Source of the DNA: Muriicola sp.
GTDB lineage: Bacteria > Bacteroidota > Bacteroidia > Flavobacteriales > Flavobacteriaceae
DNA length: 51,087 nucleotides
NCBI RefSeq assembly: GCF_041567615.1
Contig: NZ_JBFGBM010000001.1
Span: 1-51,087, forward strand
Direction of reading: 5' to 3'
A model generated the notes under the pieces. It did not search any database and was not told the origin of the DNA. It was given only the letters and a program-made list of their open reading frames with translations. This document shows, piece by piece, positions 18,414 through 28,800 of this stretch; within the stretch, counting starts at the first letter, position 1; every line of letters starts with the position of its first letter. The translations under genes and the position numbers were made by a program.

Positions 18414-19994
18414 TTAAAAAATGTTGAGCATCTTTTCGGTGGCCTTGATAGCTGATACAGTCTGATCAGAATCGAGTCCACGGGTTGTAAATTCCTTTTC
18501 ACCTTCCTGCCAGGTGATGAAAGTTTCGCAAAGGGCATCCGAGTTGCTGCCAGGGGGAATTCGTACGGCATAGTCGATCAGGTTGGGCAGGCTTCGTTTT
18601 TTAGCCCGATACACTTTTCTGAGAGCATTCATAAAGGCGTCGAACTGCCCGTCACCCTGCGCATTTTCCTCAAAAGTCTCCCCCTCGATTTCCACACAGA
18701 TCGTAGTGGAGGGTTTAAGTCCTTTGGCGTGGGTGAGTACATAGGATTTTACTACCACTTTATGCTGGTAGCTATCGCTGTCCAGGACATCCGAAATGAT
18801 AAAAGGCAGGTCATCCTTGGTGACCCTTTCCTTCTTGTCACCCAGTTCGATGATCCTGGCGGTCACTTTCTTGATCTCCTCCTCATTCAGGGTAAGTCCC
18901 AATTCCTGGAGATTCTTCTGGATATTGGCTTTTCCTGAGGTTTTGCCCAGGGCGTATTTGCGTTTCCTGCCGAATCTTTCCGGCAACAAATCATTGAAGT
19001 ATAGATTCTTTTTATTATCGCCATCAGCGTGTATACCAGCAGTTTGCGTAAATACATTATCTCCCACAATCGGTTTGTTAGCCGGAATTCCGAAACCCGT
19101 AAACGCCGAAACGAGTTTGCTCACCTTAAAGAGGGAAGATTCTTCAACATTAATCCTGTAATCGGGCAGGAAATCATTGATCACGGCCACTACACTGGCC
19201 AGGGGAGCGTTCCCGGCCCTTTCACCCATCCCATTCACGGTCAGATGAAGGCCATGGCACCCGGCTTTGAGAGCCTCCATGACGTTGGCCACACTGAGGT
19301 CGTAATCGTTATGCCCATGGAAATCGAAGTGGATATCCGGATATCGGGTAACGATCTGCTTGATAAAATCTCCTGTTTCCAGAGGTGTAAGGACTCCGAG
19401 GGTATCCGGCAGAAGGATTCGCCTCAACGGTTGGGTAGACAGGAAGTTGAGGAATTCGAATACGTATTCAGGGGAGTTGCGCATACCATTACTCCAGTCC
19501 TCGAGGTATACATTGGTGGAGATTCCTTCGGCTTGTGCCATACGGATGACCTCCGCGATCTCCTCAAAATGTTTTTTAGGGGTCTTTTTAAGTTGATGGG
19601 TCAGGTGGTTCAGAGATCCCTTGGTCAGCAGGTTCTGAACCTTGGCTCCGGCTTCTTGCATCCATCGGATAGAAAGTCCGCCGTCCACAAAGGTCAGGAC
19701 TTCTACCCGGTCTTCAAATCCTTTGCCGGCGGCCCATTGCAGTATCTGCTTTACCGACTGGAACTCACCTTCCGACACCCTGGCAGATGCGATCTCGATC
19801 CTGTCTACCTTGAGTTCTTCCAGTAAAAGTTTGGCCAGGGTAAGTTTTTCGGAGGCCGAAAAGGATACTCCGGAGGTCTGTTCCCCATCCCTGAGGGTGG
19901 TGTCCATGATCTCGATGGTCTTACGCTGCGTCGACCTGTTTCCGGAAGGACTTCCCCCAACTTTATTCGCCGGTACGGATACTGTTTCGGCCAT
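18414..19994 (-). CDS. cimA: (R)-citramalate synthase (LeuA/CimA family, DRE-TIM plus regulatory domain)
   Basis: DTTLRDGEQ, LLTKGSLNH, YLEDWSNG, LPDTLG, HGHND, GMGERAGN and TQTAGIHADG resemble the Leptospira/Bacteroidota CimA subgroup rather than LeuA. Confidence 0.75.
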   Translation of the reverse strand: MAETVSVPANKVGGSPSGNRSTQRKTIEIMDTTLRDGEQTSGVSFSASEKLTLAKLLLEELKVDRIEIASARVSEGEFQSVKQILQWAAGKGFEDRVEVLTFVDGGLSIRWMQEAGAKVQNLLTKGSLNHLTHQLKKTPKKHFEEIAEVIRMAQAEGISTNVYLEDWSNGMRNSPEYVFEFLNFLSTQPLRRILLPDTLGVLTPLETGDFIKQIVTRYPDIHFDFHGHNDYDLSVANVMEALKAGCHGLHLTVNGMGERAGNAPLASVVAVINDFLPDYRINVEESSLFKVSKLVSAFTGFGIPANKPIVGDNVFTQTAGIHADGDNKKNLYFNDLLPERFGRKRKYALGKTSGKANIQKNLQELGLTLNEEEIKKVTARIIELGDKKERVTKDDLPFIISDVLDSDSYQHKVVVKSYVLTHAKGLKPSTTICVEIEGETFEENAQGDGQFDAFMNALRKVYRAKKRSLPNLIDYAVRIPPGSNSDALCETFITWQEGEKEFTTRGLDSDQTVSAIKATEKMLNIF

Positions 19995-20008
19995 AGTACT
20001 ATCCTTTT

Positions 20009-20605
20009 TTAAAGGGGCAGACCGCGCTCAAATGTCGTGATCTCCTCTTTCATGCTCAGCAGGTAGTCGATATCGTCATACCCGTTGAGTAAATTCTCTT
20101 TTTTATAGGCATTGATCTCAAAATGCTCCTCTTCACCCGTAGCTTCTATTCTTATCTTCTGTTCGGGAAGATCCACGGTCAGCTCAGCTTTGGGATCCTT
20201 CTCGATCTCTTCAAAGATGCGTTGCAGAAACGCGGGGCTCACCTGTACGGGCAGCACCCCGATATTCAGGCAATTATTCCTGAATATATCCGCAAAGAAA
20301 CTGGAGACCACACATCGAAAACCATAGTCGTAGATCGCCCAGGCCGCATGTTCCCTGGAAGAACCGGAACCGAAATTCTTCCCACCCACCAGGATCTTGC
20401 CCCCGTAAATGGGATTGTTGAGTACAAAGTGCTCCTTGGGCGTATCATCCGGGTGGTAGCGCCAGTCCCTGAACAGGTTGTCCCCAAAGCCTTTGCGCTC
20501 CGTAGCTTTCAAAAAACGGGCAGGGATGATCTGGTCCGTATCCACATTTTCAATGGGCAGTGGAACCGCCGTGCTGGTCAGGGTATTGAATTTATCGTAA
20601 GCCAT
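20009..20605 (-). CDS. leuD: 3-isopropylmalate dehydratase small subunit
   Basis: [24 protein letters not shown] and FADIFRNN motifs. Confidence 0.96.
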   Translation of the reverse strand: MAYDKFNTLTSTAVPLPIENVDTDQIIPARFLKATERKGFGDNLFRDWRYHPDDTPKEHFVLNNPIYGGKILVGGKNFGSGSSREHAAWAIYDYGFRCVVSSFFADIFRNNCLNIGVLPVQVSPAFLQRIFEEIEKDPKAELTVDLPEQKIRIEATGEEEHFEINAYKKENLLNGYDDIDYLLSMKEEITTFERGLPL

Positions 20606-20618
20606 TTTCTCTTTTTCT

Positions 20619-22034
20619 TTAAGCGGTTTCTAATTCGAGTAACTCCCTCGGATCTGTTACCTTTCCGGTCACTGCAGCGGCGGCGGCAACCAGCGGACTC
20701 GCAAGCAGAGTTCGGGCACCCGGTCCCTGTCTGCCTTCGAAATTCCGGTTCGAAGTACTCACGGCGTATTTTCCGGCAGGGATCTTGTCATCATTCATGG
20801 CCAGGCATGCCGAACATCCCGGTTCCCTCAGTTCAAATCCGGCATTTTCCAGTATCTCCAGTATTCCTTCTTCCCTGATGGCCTCTTCTACGCGATGCGA
20901 GCCCGGTACCAGCCATGCCGTGACGTGATCCGCCTTTTTGCGGCCTTTTACCACCCTGGCAAAGGCCCTGAAATCTTCGATCCGTCCGTTTGTACAGCTA
21001 CCCAGAAAAACAAAATCGATCTTTTTTCCCAACATAGCATCCCCTTCCTTGAAATCCATGTATTCCAGGGATTTCCTGTAGGTGGCTACTCCACCATCCA
21101 GGGATTCGGCAATCGGGATCCCGGAAGTGATGCCCATTCCCATTCCGGGGTTGGTACCGTAGGTGATCATGGGTTCTATGGCTGAACCGTCGAAAACGAC
21201 TTCCTTGTCGAATTGGGCATTGTCATCGGAATACAGTGTTTTCCAATATTCCATCGCCTTGTCCCAATCTGTTCCCTCGGGAGTGTATTCCCTTCCTTTT
21301 ATGTAGTCAAAGGTCTTTTGATCCGGGGCTATCATCCCGCCACGGGCCCCCATTTCAATACTGAGGTTGCAGACCGTCATCCTGCCTTCCATGGGCATAT
21401 TCCTAAATACCTCCCCGGCGTATTCTACAAAATATCCCGTAGCCCCTGAAGTGGTCAGTTGGGAAATGATATACAGGGCGACGTCCTTCGGGGTTACCGC
21501 CGCGCTCAATTCTCCGTCAATGGTGATCCGCATCCTTTTGGGTTTGGGCTGCATGATACACTGGGTAGACAGCACCATTTCCACCTCCGAGGTCCCGATT
21601 CCAAAGGCAATGGCGCCAAAGGCTCCGTGTGTGGAGGTGTGGGAATCCCCGCATACCACGGTCACGCCGGGCAGGGTAATGCCATTCTCGGGTCCGATCA
21701 CGTGGACGATCCCATTCTTCTCGTGTCCCAGTCCCCAATAGGGGATCCCGTGTTCCCTGGCGTTTTCCTCCAGGGCCCTTAACTGGTTGGCGGACAGGGG
21801 GTCTTTTACCGGGAGGTGCTGGTTTCGGGTGGGTGTATTGTGGTCTGCCGTGGCAAATGTCCTGCCGGGATAGAGCACCTTGCTCTTGCGTTTTTTCAGC
21901 CCGAGGAAAGCCACCGGACTCGTAACTTCATGCACGAGGTGGCGGTCTATGAAAAGGACATCGGGGCCCTGATCAATTTTCCGCACAACATGTGCGTCCC
22001 AAACTTTGTCAAACAGTGTTCTACCTGTACTCAT
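20619..22034 (-). CDS. leuC: 3-isopropylmalate dehydratase large subunit
   Basis: [36 protein letters not shown] and [12 protein letters not shown] motifs. Confidence 0.97.
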   Translation of the reverse strand: MSTGRTLFDKVWDAHVVRKIDQGPDVLFIDRHLVHEVTSPVAFLGLKKRKSKVLYPGRTFATADHNTPTRNQHLPVKDPLSANQLRALEENAREHGIPYWGLGHEKNGIVHVIGPENGITLPGVTVVCGDSHTSTHGAFGAIAFGIGTSEVEMVLSTQCIMQPKPKRMRITIDGELSAAVTPKDVALYIISQLTTSGATGYFVEYAGEVFRNMPMEGRMTVCNLSIEMGARGGMIAPDQKTFDYIKGREYTPEGTDWDKAMEYWKTLYSDDNAQFDKEVVFDGSAIEPMITYGTNPGMGMGITSGIPIAESLDGGVATYRKSLEYMDFKEGDAMLGKKIDFVFLGSCTNGRIEDFRAFARVVKGRKKADHVTAWLVPGSHRVEEAIREEGILEILENAGFELREPGCSACLAMNDDKIPAGKYAVSTSNRNFEGRQGPGARTLLASPLVAAAAAVTGKVTDPRELLELETA

Positions 22035-22150
22035 ATTCAGATGATTCTAAGCATCCAAAACTATAAAATAGGGAATTGAAATGAAATTTCCCCTTCTTAA
22101 AATTACGATGTTCAACCCGCCATAAGTCGGCAGTTCGGGCCAGTTTTGTG

Positions 22151-24256
22151 CTAGCTGATGTAATTCCAGATGTTCTTATGCCTGAGGAGCTCAGCGTACG
22201 TCTGCCTGATGGGAGCGTTCTTTTCCAGAACAAGGTCGGGGTCTTCCTGAAGGATTCGAAGCGCATAAAACCTGGCGGTTTTCAGGATCTCATTATCCCG
22301 TACAATATCGGCTATCTTGAGGTTTAACAGGCCACTCTGCTGGGTCCCCATCAGGTCTCCTGGCCCCCTCAATTTAAGGTCCACCTCTGCGATCTCGAAC
22401 CCGTCCTGGGTACTGGTCATGGTCTCTATTCTCGTCCTGGCATCGGCAGATAGCTTTTGGCCTGTCAAGAGGATACAATAGCTTTGTTCTCCTCCGCGGC
22501 CCACCCGGCCCCTGAGTTGGTGGAGCTGTGACAGACCAAATCGCTCGGCACTTTCGATGATCATCACTGTGGCATTGGGAACATTCACCCCAACTTCTAT
22601 CACCGTGGTCGCTACCATGATCTGGGTTTCCCCCTTTACGAACCGGCTCATTTCGTAATCCTTGTCTTCCGATTTCATCTGCCCATGGACGATGGAAATC
22701 CTGTAATCGGGGAGGGGAAATTCCCTGGAGATACTTTCATATCCATCCATCAGGTCCTTGTAGTCCAGGGCTTGAGATTCCTGTATCAGGGGATAGACTA
22801 CATAGACCTGCCTGCCTTTTTTTATTTCATCCTTGAGAAATCGGAATACTTTCAACCTGTTGGAATCATATCGGTGAACGGTCTTTACGGGCTTCCTGCC
22901 CGGGGGTAATTCATCGATCACCGAGATATCCAGGTCGCCGTAAAGGCTCATCGCCAGGGTCCTGGGGATGGGAGTGGCCGTCATGACCAGAATATGCGGA
23001 GGGATGTCGTTCTTTTTCCAGAGTTTGGAGCGCTGGGCCACCCCAAAGCGGTGCTGTTCATCAATGATGGCCAGCCCCAGGTTTTTGAACCTGACCTTGT
23101 GTTCGAGTACAGCGTGTGTTCCCACCAGGATATGGAGGGATCCATCCTCCAGAGCTTCGTGAATGCCCTTCCTGTCCGATTTCCGAACAGAGCCTGTCAG
23201 TAAGGCCATATTTACTTTCATATCCCCGAGGACCTCCTTCAGGCTGTTGTAGTGCTGGTTGGCAAGGATCTCGGTAGGGGCCATTAGGCAAGACTGGTAC
23301 CCGTTATCCATTGCCAGCAACATGCTCATGAGGGCGACGATGGTCTTTCCAGATCCCACATCACCTTGCAAAAGCCTGTTCATTTGGGCGTTGCTGCCCA
23401 GATCAGCCCTGATCTCCTTGATCACTTTTTGTTGGGCCCCTGTTAGTTCGAAAGGGAGAAAGTCCCGGTAAAAGGTATTAAAATGTTCTCCCACATGCTC
23501 AAAAGGCAGACCTTTGATCTTCTTTTTTCGAAGCAGTTTCTTAGCGATCAGCTGGAGCTGTATGAAGAAGAGTTCTTCCAGTTTTAACCGAAACTGAGCT
23601 TTGGCGAGTTTTTTCTGGTCTTTTGGGAAATGGATGTTGAAGAGGGCCTCCGAGCGCGAGACCAGTTTCAGGTCGTCCAGCAGGTCCTTGGACAGCGTTT
23701 CCCTGTAGACCCCGCCGGTCTCTGTAAAAAGTTGTTGCACCATATTGCTCATCACGCGGTTCGTGATCCCCTTATTGCTCAATTTCTCTGTAGACGGATA
23801 GATGGGTTGCATGTGGATGCGCATTCCCTGTTCATGGGCTGTCAGGAGTTCCATCTCCGGGTGCGGCATGGAAAACAGTCCGTTGAACCAATTCGTCCTC
23901 CCGAAAATGACATAGGGCACATTGAGCTGCAGCTGTTCCCGAATCCATTTGTGGCCGCGGAACCAGACCAGTTCCATCTCACCGGTATCGTCCACAAACC
24001 TCGCGACGAGCCTGCTTCCCCTTTTCTGCTCCACGGTCTTAATATGGACAATCTTCCCAATGAGCTGCACCTCTGATGAATTGCGTTCCAGTTCTGAGAT
24101 CTTGTAATACCGGGTTTTGTCGATATAGCGATTCGGAAAGAAGTGCAGGAGATCGTTATAGGTGGTGATACCCAACTCTGACTGCAATGCCTGAGCCCTG
24201 TTGGGGCCCACCCCTTTGAGATACGTGATCGGGGTTTGCAGCAGATCCGTTTTCAT
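22151..24256 (-). CDS. recG: ATP-dependent DNA helicase RecG
   Basis: LKGVGP, RLLQGDVGSGKT, DEQHRFG, MTATPIPRT, QLHQLRGRVGRG and DLKLRGPG motifs. Confidence 0.97.
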   Translation of the reverse strand: MKTDLLQTPITYLKGVGPNRAQALQSELGITTYNDLLHFFPNRYIDKTRYYKISELERNSSEVQLIGKIVHIKTVEQKRGSRLVARFVDDTGEMELVWFRGHKWIREQLQLNVPYVIFGRTNWFNGLFSMPHPEMELLTAHEQGMRIHMQPIYPSTEKLSNKGITNRVMSNMVQQLFTETGGVYRETLSKDLLDDLKLVSRSEALFNIHFPKDQKKLAKAQFRLKLEELFFIQLQLIAKKLLRKKKIKGLPFEHVGEHFNTFYRDFLPFELTGAQQKVIKEIRADLGSNAQMNRLLQGDVGSGKTIVALMSMLLAMDNGYQSCLMAPTEILANQHYNSLKEVLGDMKVNMALLTGSVRKSDRKGIHEALEDGSLHILVGTHAVLEHKVRFKNLGLAIIDEQHRFGVAQRSKLWKKNDIPPHILVMTATPIPRTLAMSLYGDLDISVIDELPPGRKPVKTVHRYDSNRLKVFRFLKDEIKKGRQVYVVYPLIQESQALDYKDLMDGYESISREFPLPDYRISIVHGQMKSEDKDYEMSRFVKGETQIMVATTVIEVGVNVPNATVMIIESAERFGLSQLHQLRGRVGRGGEQSYCILLTGQKLSADARTRIETMTSTQDGFEIAEVDLKLRGPGDLMGTQQSGLLNLKIADIVRDNEILKTARFYALRILQEDPDLVLEKNAPIRQTYAELLRHKNIWNYIS

Positions 24257-24304
24257 TTGACTAAATTAACGGTTACATCCTTGAACTCCAACAGATCAAA
24301 ATAC

Positions 24305-24312
24305 TAATTTTG
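24305..24312 (+). promoter_or_regulatory. Bacteroidota -7 promoter element (TAATTTTG) for the M1 peptidase-patatin pair
   Basis: Exact TAnnTTTG match in the short divergent recG/peptidase intergenic region. Confidence 0.5.
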
Positions 24313-24332
24313 GGAGGGAAATGTCCTGCTCT

Positions 24333-26426
24333 ATGAAGCGTGTTCTCACCATTGCAAGCATCTTTTTAATAATAGGTTCGTCTGCTGCCCAGGAAGACCC
24401 TGCCTGGGATTTTATCACAGGTGACATCCGTCTGGAACTGCACCCTCTTGAGGAAAAGGTATCCGGCCAGGTCCAATACCAGTTTATCACCGGTTCCAAA
24501 ACAGATTCAGTGTTTCTCGATGCGAGGAAGATGCAGATTGGGGCCGTGAGATTGAACGGGAAAAAAGCAAAACATTCTTATGACGGCAGGAGGCTCGTGA
24601 TCAGGAAGAAACTGCGTGCGGGCCGAAATTACAGTCTGGCAATAGAATATGAGTGCCAACCCTCCCAGGCGCTGTATTTCCTTGGATGGAAGGATAGCAT
24701 TCAGGGGAACGAACAGATATGGACACAGGGGCAGGGTAAATACAATAGCCATTGGGTCCCCAGTTTCGACCTGATGACCGAAAAGGTCACCTTTAGGACT
24801 AAGATCGCGGTCGACAGGGATTATGAGGTCATTTCCAATGGGCAGCTTTACGAAATAAAAGATGATGGGGACATGAGAACCTGGGGATGGGAGATGAACC
24901 AGCCCATGAGCAGCTACCTCCTCGCTTTTGCCGTGGGCCGGTATGATTCCATGCACAAGGAATCCGAATCAGGAATCCCCATCGAGATGTATTACTATCC
25001 CGATGACAGCCTCCGGGTAGAACCTACCTACCGGTTCAGTCGGGAGATCTTCGACTTCTTCGAAAAGGAGATTGGGGTCCCGTATCCTTGGCAGAACTAC
25101 AAAATGGTACCCGTGAGGGATTTTTTGTATGCCGGGATGGAAAATGCCGGAGCCACCCTTTTTTCGGATGCCTACCTGATTGATTCCACGGCTTTTGCAG
25201 ACCGGAATTTTGTCAATGTAAACGCCCATGAGCTGGCGCATCAATGGTTTGGCAACCTGGTGACCGAAGTGGACGCCTCCAGTCACTGGCTGCATGAAGG
25301 GTTTGCCAGCTGTTATGCCTGGCTGGCCGAAAAAGAATTCCTGGGGGAGGATCATTTTTACTGGATGTTGTACGACAAGGCTGAAAACCTGGAAGCTCAG
25401 GCCCGGGAAGGCCGGGGGGAATTCCTTCTCGATCCCAAGGCAGGCAGCCTTACTTTTTACGATAAGGGCGGACTCGCCCTCCTTATGCTTAGGGAGCTGT
25501 TGGGGGAGGAGTCATTCAGGAAGGCCATATCGGAATTCCTTCTTACATTTTCTTTTAAGAATGCCACGGTTTCAGATTTTATGAGGCTCGCCGAATCTTC
25601 CTCGGGCCGGGACCTCAATGATTACCGCCGTACCTGGCTGGAAAGCACGAGCTTCCCATACCGCGAAGTGATGGATCATCTAAGACGATCATACCGCCCC
25701 ATCGATCTTTTTATGGGACTGAGGCAGGAACTGACAGCGAGCTCTGCGGAAGACGAATCGATCATCCTCAGGTACTGGGACGCTACAGATTCCGACCCGT
25801 TCAAAAAGCGAGTGATCTTATCATATCACAGGTCCCTCTCCCCGGAATTCATCAAAACGGCCTATGAAACCGGAAGTCTTCAGGTGCGACAGGCCCTTTC
25901 TCTGGTACCCGGTGCCTTTGAAGGAGACCTGCTGCCGTATTTCGAGTCACTCCTGCATGATGATAGTTATACAACCCTGGAAAATGCCCTTTACAGGGTA
26001 TGGCTTCATCAACCGGATAAGAGAATCTTTTACCTGGAGAAAGTAAAAGGTATCATCGGCTTTCCTAACAAAAACATACGCCAGCTATGGCTTCTTTTAG
26101 CTATCTTGACCAGGGATTACGGCACCGCTGTAGAGAAGCATATGTACAGGGAGGAATTGTTTGGGTATACGGCTCCACAATTTCCGATGGAAGTCAGGCA
26201 ACTGGCTTTCAGCCTAATCGGAGAGGTTTTCCCGTACTCCCGAAAGAACCTGGAGGACTTGATCAACGCCGCTGTACATCCCTCCTGGCAATTCAGACAA
26301 TTCGCCAGGAACATCCTGAAAGAAGAACTCAATGAACCTGACAGGAGACGGCGGTTTGAGCAAATTCTGGAAGCACTCCGGGGTGAAGAATACGAGTATC
26401 TGAAAAAACAACTGGACAATCAATGA
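24333..26426 (+). CDS. Secreted M1-family zinc aminopeptidase
   Basis: Signal peptide from MKRVL; AGMEN exopeptidase motif; HELAH...WLHEG zinc motif; YDKG. Confidence 0.9.
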   Translation: MKRVLTIASIFLIIGSSAAQEDPAWDFITGDIRLELHPLEEKVSGQVQYQFITGSKTDSVFLDARKMQIGAVRLNGKKAKHSYDGRRLVIRKKLRAGRNYSLAIEYECQPSQALYFLGWKDSIQGNEQIWTQGQGKYNSHWVPSFDLMTEKVTFRTKIAVDRDYEVISNGQLYEIKDDGDMRTWGWEMNQPMSSYLLAFAVGRYDSMHKESESGIPIEMYYYPDDSLRVEPTYRFSREIFDFFEKEIGVPYPWQNYKMVPVRDFLYAGMENAGATLFSDAYLIDSTAFADRNFVNVNAHELAHQWFGNLVTEVDASSHWLHEGFASCYAWLAEKEFLGEDHFYWMLYDKAENLEAQAREGRGEFLLDPKAGSLTFYDKGGLALLMLRELLGEESFRKAISEFLLTFSFKNATVSDFMRLAESSSGRDLNDYRRTWLESTSFPYREVMDHLRRSYRPIDLFMGLRQELTASSAEDESIILRYWDATDSDPFKKRVILSYHRSLSPEFIKTAYETGSLQVRQALSLVPGAFEGDLLPYFESLLHDDSYTTLENALYRVWLHQPDKRIFYLEKVKGIIGFPNKNIRQLWLLLAILTRDYGTAVEKHMYREELFGYTAPQFPMEVRQLAFSLIGEVFPYSRKNLEDLINAAVHPSWQFRQFARNILKEELNEPDRRRRFEQILEALRGEEYEYLKKQLDNQ

Positions 26427-27334
26427 GAGCATTGGTCATTTCGGGCGGTGGGAGCAAAGGGGCGTTTGCTGGAGGGGTCGCCCAATACCTGATGGAGGTA
26501 AAAAAACACCAGTATGACCTCTTTCTGGGCACTTCAACAGGAAGCCTGCTGATCTCTCACCTGGCCCTGCAAAAGATCCAGAAGATCAAAGATGTTTACA
26601 CATCGGTGGATCAGAACAGTATTTTCAGCAATTGTCCTTTCACTATTCAGAAAAAGCACGGCGTCTCCAACATTGGGATCGCCCACTGGAACGTACTGAA
26701 AAATTTCTATCGCGGCAGCAAGACTTTCGGTGAAAGCCACAACCTTTTAAAACTGATCAGGGAGACCATTACCCCGGAAGAATTCGAGATCCTCAAACAC
26801 GGACCCAAGGACATCATAGTGACGGTCTCCAATCTCTCGCTCAATCAGGTGGAATACAAGTCGATCAACGATTTTGAATACGACGATTTCTGTGAGTGGA
26901 TCTGGATATCCTGCAACTATACTCCCTTTATGAGCCTGGTGAGAAAAGAAGGCTGTGAGTACGCCGATGGCGGGCTCGGGAGCATGGTCCCAATTGAAGA
27001 AGCCATAAAAAGAGGGGCCAAGGTGGTGGATGCCATCATCCTGCATACGGAGACGACACATTTCAATCGCATGCCCTCCCGCAACGCCTTCTCCCTGCTG
27101 ACCAATATGTTTGCTTTTATGCTGGACCGAATTGAAAGGCAGAATATCAGGATCGGGAAATTCGTGGCCAATAACAACGACGCGATCATCAACTTCTATT
27201 ATACGCCTATCGTCCTGACGACGAATTCCCTCATCTTTGAGAAGGACAAAATGACCTCATGGTGGGAGAGCGGGTTTCAATATGCCGACACAAAGAGCCA
27301 GCAACAAAGTCAGCTCCAGATTGAATTGGAGTAG
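26423..27334 (+). CDS. Patatin-like phospholipase
   Basis: GGGSKG, GTSTG (nucleophile Ser) and DGG motifs; ATGA overlap with the upstream gene. Confidence 0.9.
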   Translation: MRALVISGGGSKGAFAGGVAQYLMEVKKHQYDLFLGTSTGSLLISHLALQKIQKIKDVYTSVDQNSIFSNCPFTIQKKHGVSNIGIAHWNVLKNFYRGSKTFGESHNLLKLIRETITPEEFEILKHGPKDIIVTVSNLSLNQVEYKSINDFEYDDFCEWIWISCNYTPFMSLVRKEGCEYADGGLGSMVPIEEAIKRGAKVVDAIILHTETTHFNRMPSRNAFSLLTNMFAFMLDRIERQNIRIGKFVANNNDAIINFYYTPIVLTTNSLIFEKDKMTSWWESGFQYADTKSQQQSQLQIELE

Positions 27335-27337
27335 TTT

Positions 27338-27856
27338 TTACCAAAGGGCGCTGATCTCCTTTTTGACATAAGCCAGGGCAGTGGCAGATGGAGATTGCAT
27401 GTCCATGGTCTCGTTGAGGATATCCTCCCTGAGTTTATCAGCGGAATCCGATTCGCTCAATCCTGCCCTGCGAATCGCCTGTATAGTGGCGCTCTTCGCC
27501 GCTTTGATCACGTTCCAGCATTCATCGCTCATGTAGATCTGCTGGGAAAGGTTATGCTCGAATTCATTTTCGATATTCTTGATGAGCAGGTTCTCATAAG
27601 CTGCCTTATCCGCAGATTTAGGCGCTACCCTCACTACCAGGTTCGGGATGGAAATACGCTCCAGGAACAGGGCGAGTCTTTCGTAGGCCTGCAATCGGAT
27701 GGGTAAAGCGCTTTTCTGGCTTTCTTTGTGCAGCAGGTAACGCCTCCTGCCTTCTTCGTTCCGGGTGTGGAGCCTGAAAAAATAAAAAGCCACGACTCCT
27801 GTGACTACGGCGGGTAACAAAAAGCCGAACATTTGGAAAATATCGTCTCCAGACAT
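27338..27856 (-). CDS. Hypothetical protein with N-terminal membrane anchor
   Basis: 172-aa ORF with a single TM followed by RLQAYERL..FLERI and EFEHNLSQQIY.S..W; resembles a conserved Bacteroidota hypothetical. Confidence 0.75.
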   Translation of the reverse strand: MSGDDIFQMFGFLLPAVVTGVVAFYFFRLHTRNEEGRRRYLLHKESQKSALPIRLQAYERLALFLERISIPNLVVRVAPKSADKAAYENLLIKNIENEFEHNLSQQIYMSDECWNVIKAAKSATIQAIRRAGLSESDSADKLREDILNETMDMQSPSATALAYVKKEISALW

Positions 27857-27955
27857 GTTTTTTGGGTGTTTAGTTTGGTTTACGAATCTACAACGCCGGG
27901 AACCGATAAAAAGTATAAGGAGCGTACTATACCTGTATATCTCCGGTTCTAAATG

Positions 27956-28765
27956 TTATTTCATCATCTCCCGGATGGTACCGTAGAACTTTTCGTACGG
28001 TGGTTGAATCCTGATGCGTGTAGTGGTCTCTATCCCATTGAATCCATATTCACTTTTCCCCACAGCTTGTAGACGGTTAGCGTCGATCCCATAGGTGTCG
28101 GCAAGTACTCTTACCACCGAAGAGGCCTGGAGGGAGCTCAGGTCCCAGTTATCCTTTAGTTTTACATCTTTGAATTCAAGAGCATTGCTGTTGGTCTCCA
28201 CCATGATCTTGAGACCGGGATATTTCTTCAGCACCGATGCCACCTTTTCCAGTACCGGCAAGGCTTCCGGTACTACCTGGTAGTTCCGGTCGACCTCCTT
28301 GAACAGGAAGGGGTTTTCGAGGATTACGGTAACCGCACCACCGCTAAGGCCTGTTTTGACCTCTGATCCCAAAGCGTTCTTAAAAGAAGTCAGCAACGCC
28401 AGAGTAGTGGAATCTGTACTCGTGAGGGCATCGCTGATCTTTTTTAATTGTTTCTCCTTGTTCCTCAGGGATTCCAGAGATTTGCTGATATTCTCCGTCT
28501 TTTTGTTGGAGAGTTCCGTAAAATTCGTGAGATTCTGGAGAAGGGAGGCATTGGTTGCCCTAAGCTCTTCCATCTCAAAATTCACAGCTTCCATCTCAGC
28601 TTTATATCTGGCTGCTTCCTGTTTGCTGCTGGTAAGATCCCCTTTCAATTTCAGGATCTCTGCATCCCTCTCCTCGAGCCTGAGCAGGAGTTCCTTTTTG
28701 CTTTGTGAAAAGCCTGTAGCCGTTATGCTGAGTAAACACCCCAGAAGTATAAGTTTCTTTCTCAT
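27956..28765 (-). CDS. Exported coiled-coil protein with degenerate OmpA/MotB-like C-terminal domain
   Basis: Signal peptide MRKKLILLG...FSQ, long coiled coil, and NWDLSSLQA..VVR.L...GIDANRL.AVG. Confidence 0.75.
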   Translation of the reverse strand: MRKKLILLGCLLSITATGFSQSKKELLLRLEERDAEILKLKGDLTSSKQEAARYKAEMEAVNFEMEELRATNASLLQNLTNFTELSNKKTENISKSLESLRNKEKQLKKISDALTSTDSTTLALLTSFKNALGSEVKTGLSGGAVTVILENPFLFKEVDRNYQVVPEALPVLEKVASVLKKYPGLKIMVETNSNALEFKDVKLKDNWDLSSLQASSVVRVLADTYGIDANRLQAVGKSEYGFNGIETTTRIRIQPPYEKFYGTIREMMK

Positions 28766-28800
28766 AAGTTCGATAGTCAATTTCATTCGTCAAAACGTAT

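Noticed and set aside
22035-22150. Leu-rich leader peptide or attenuator upstream of leuC
   Set aside because: No Leu-rich mini-ORF or convincing terminator/antiterminator pair was seen.
24270-24280. Possible SOS box upstream of recG (CGGTTACATCC)
   Set aside because: The left half-site does not match GGA at the N5 spacing.
26423-27334. Patatin as a CBASS or other defence effector
   Set aside because: No cyclase or defence genes nearby; it is coupled to a housekeeping aminopeptidase.
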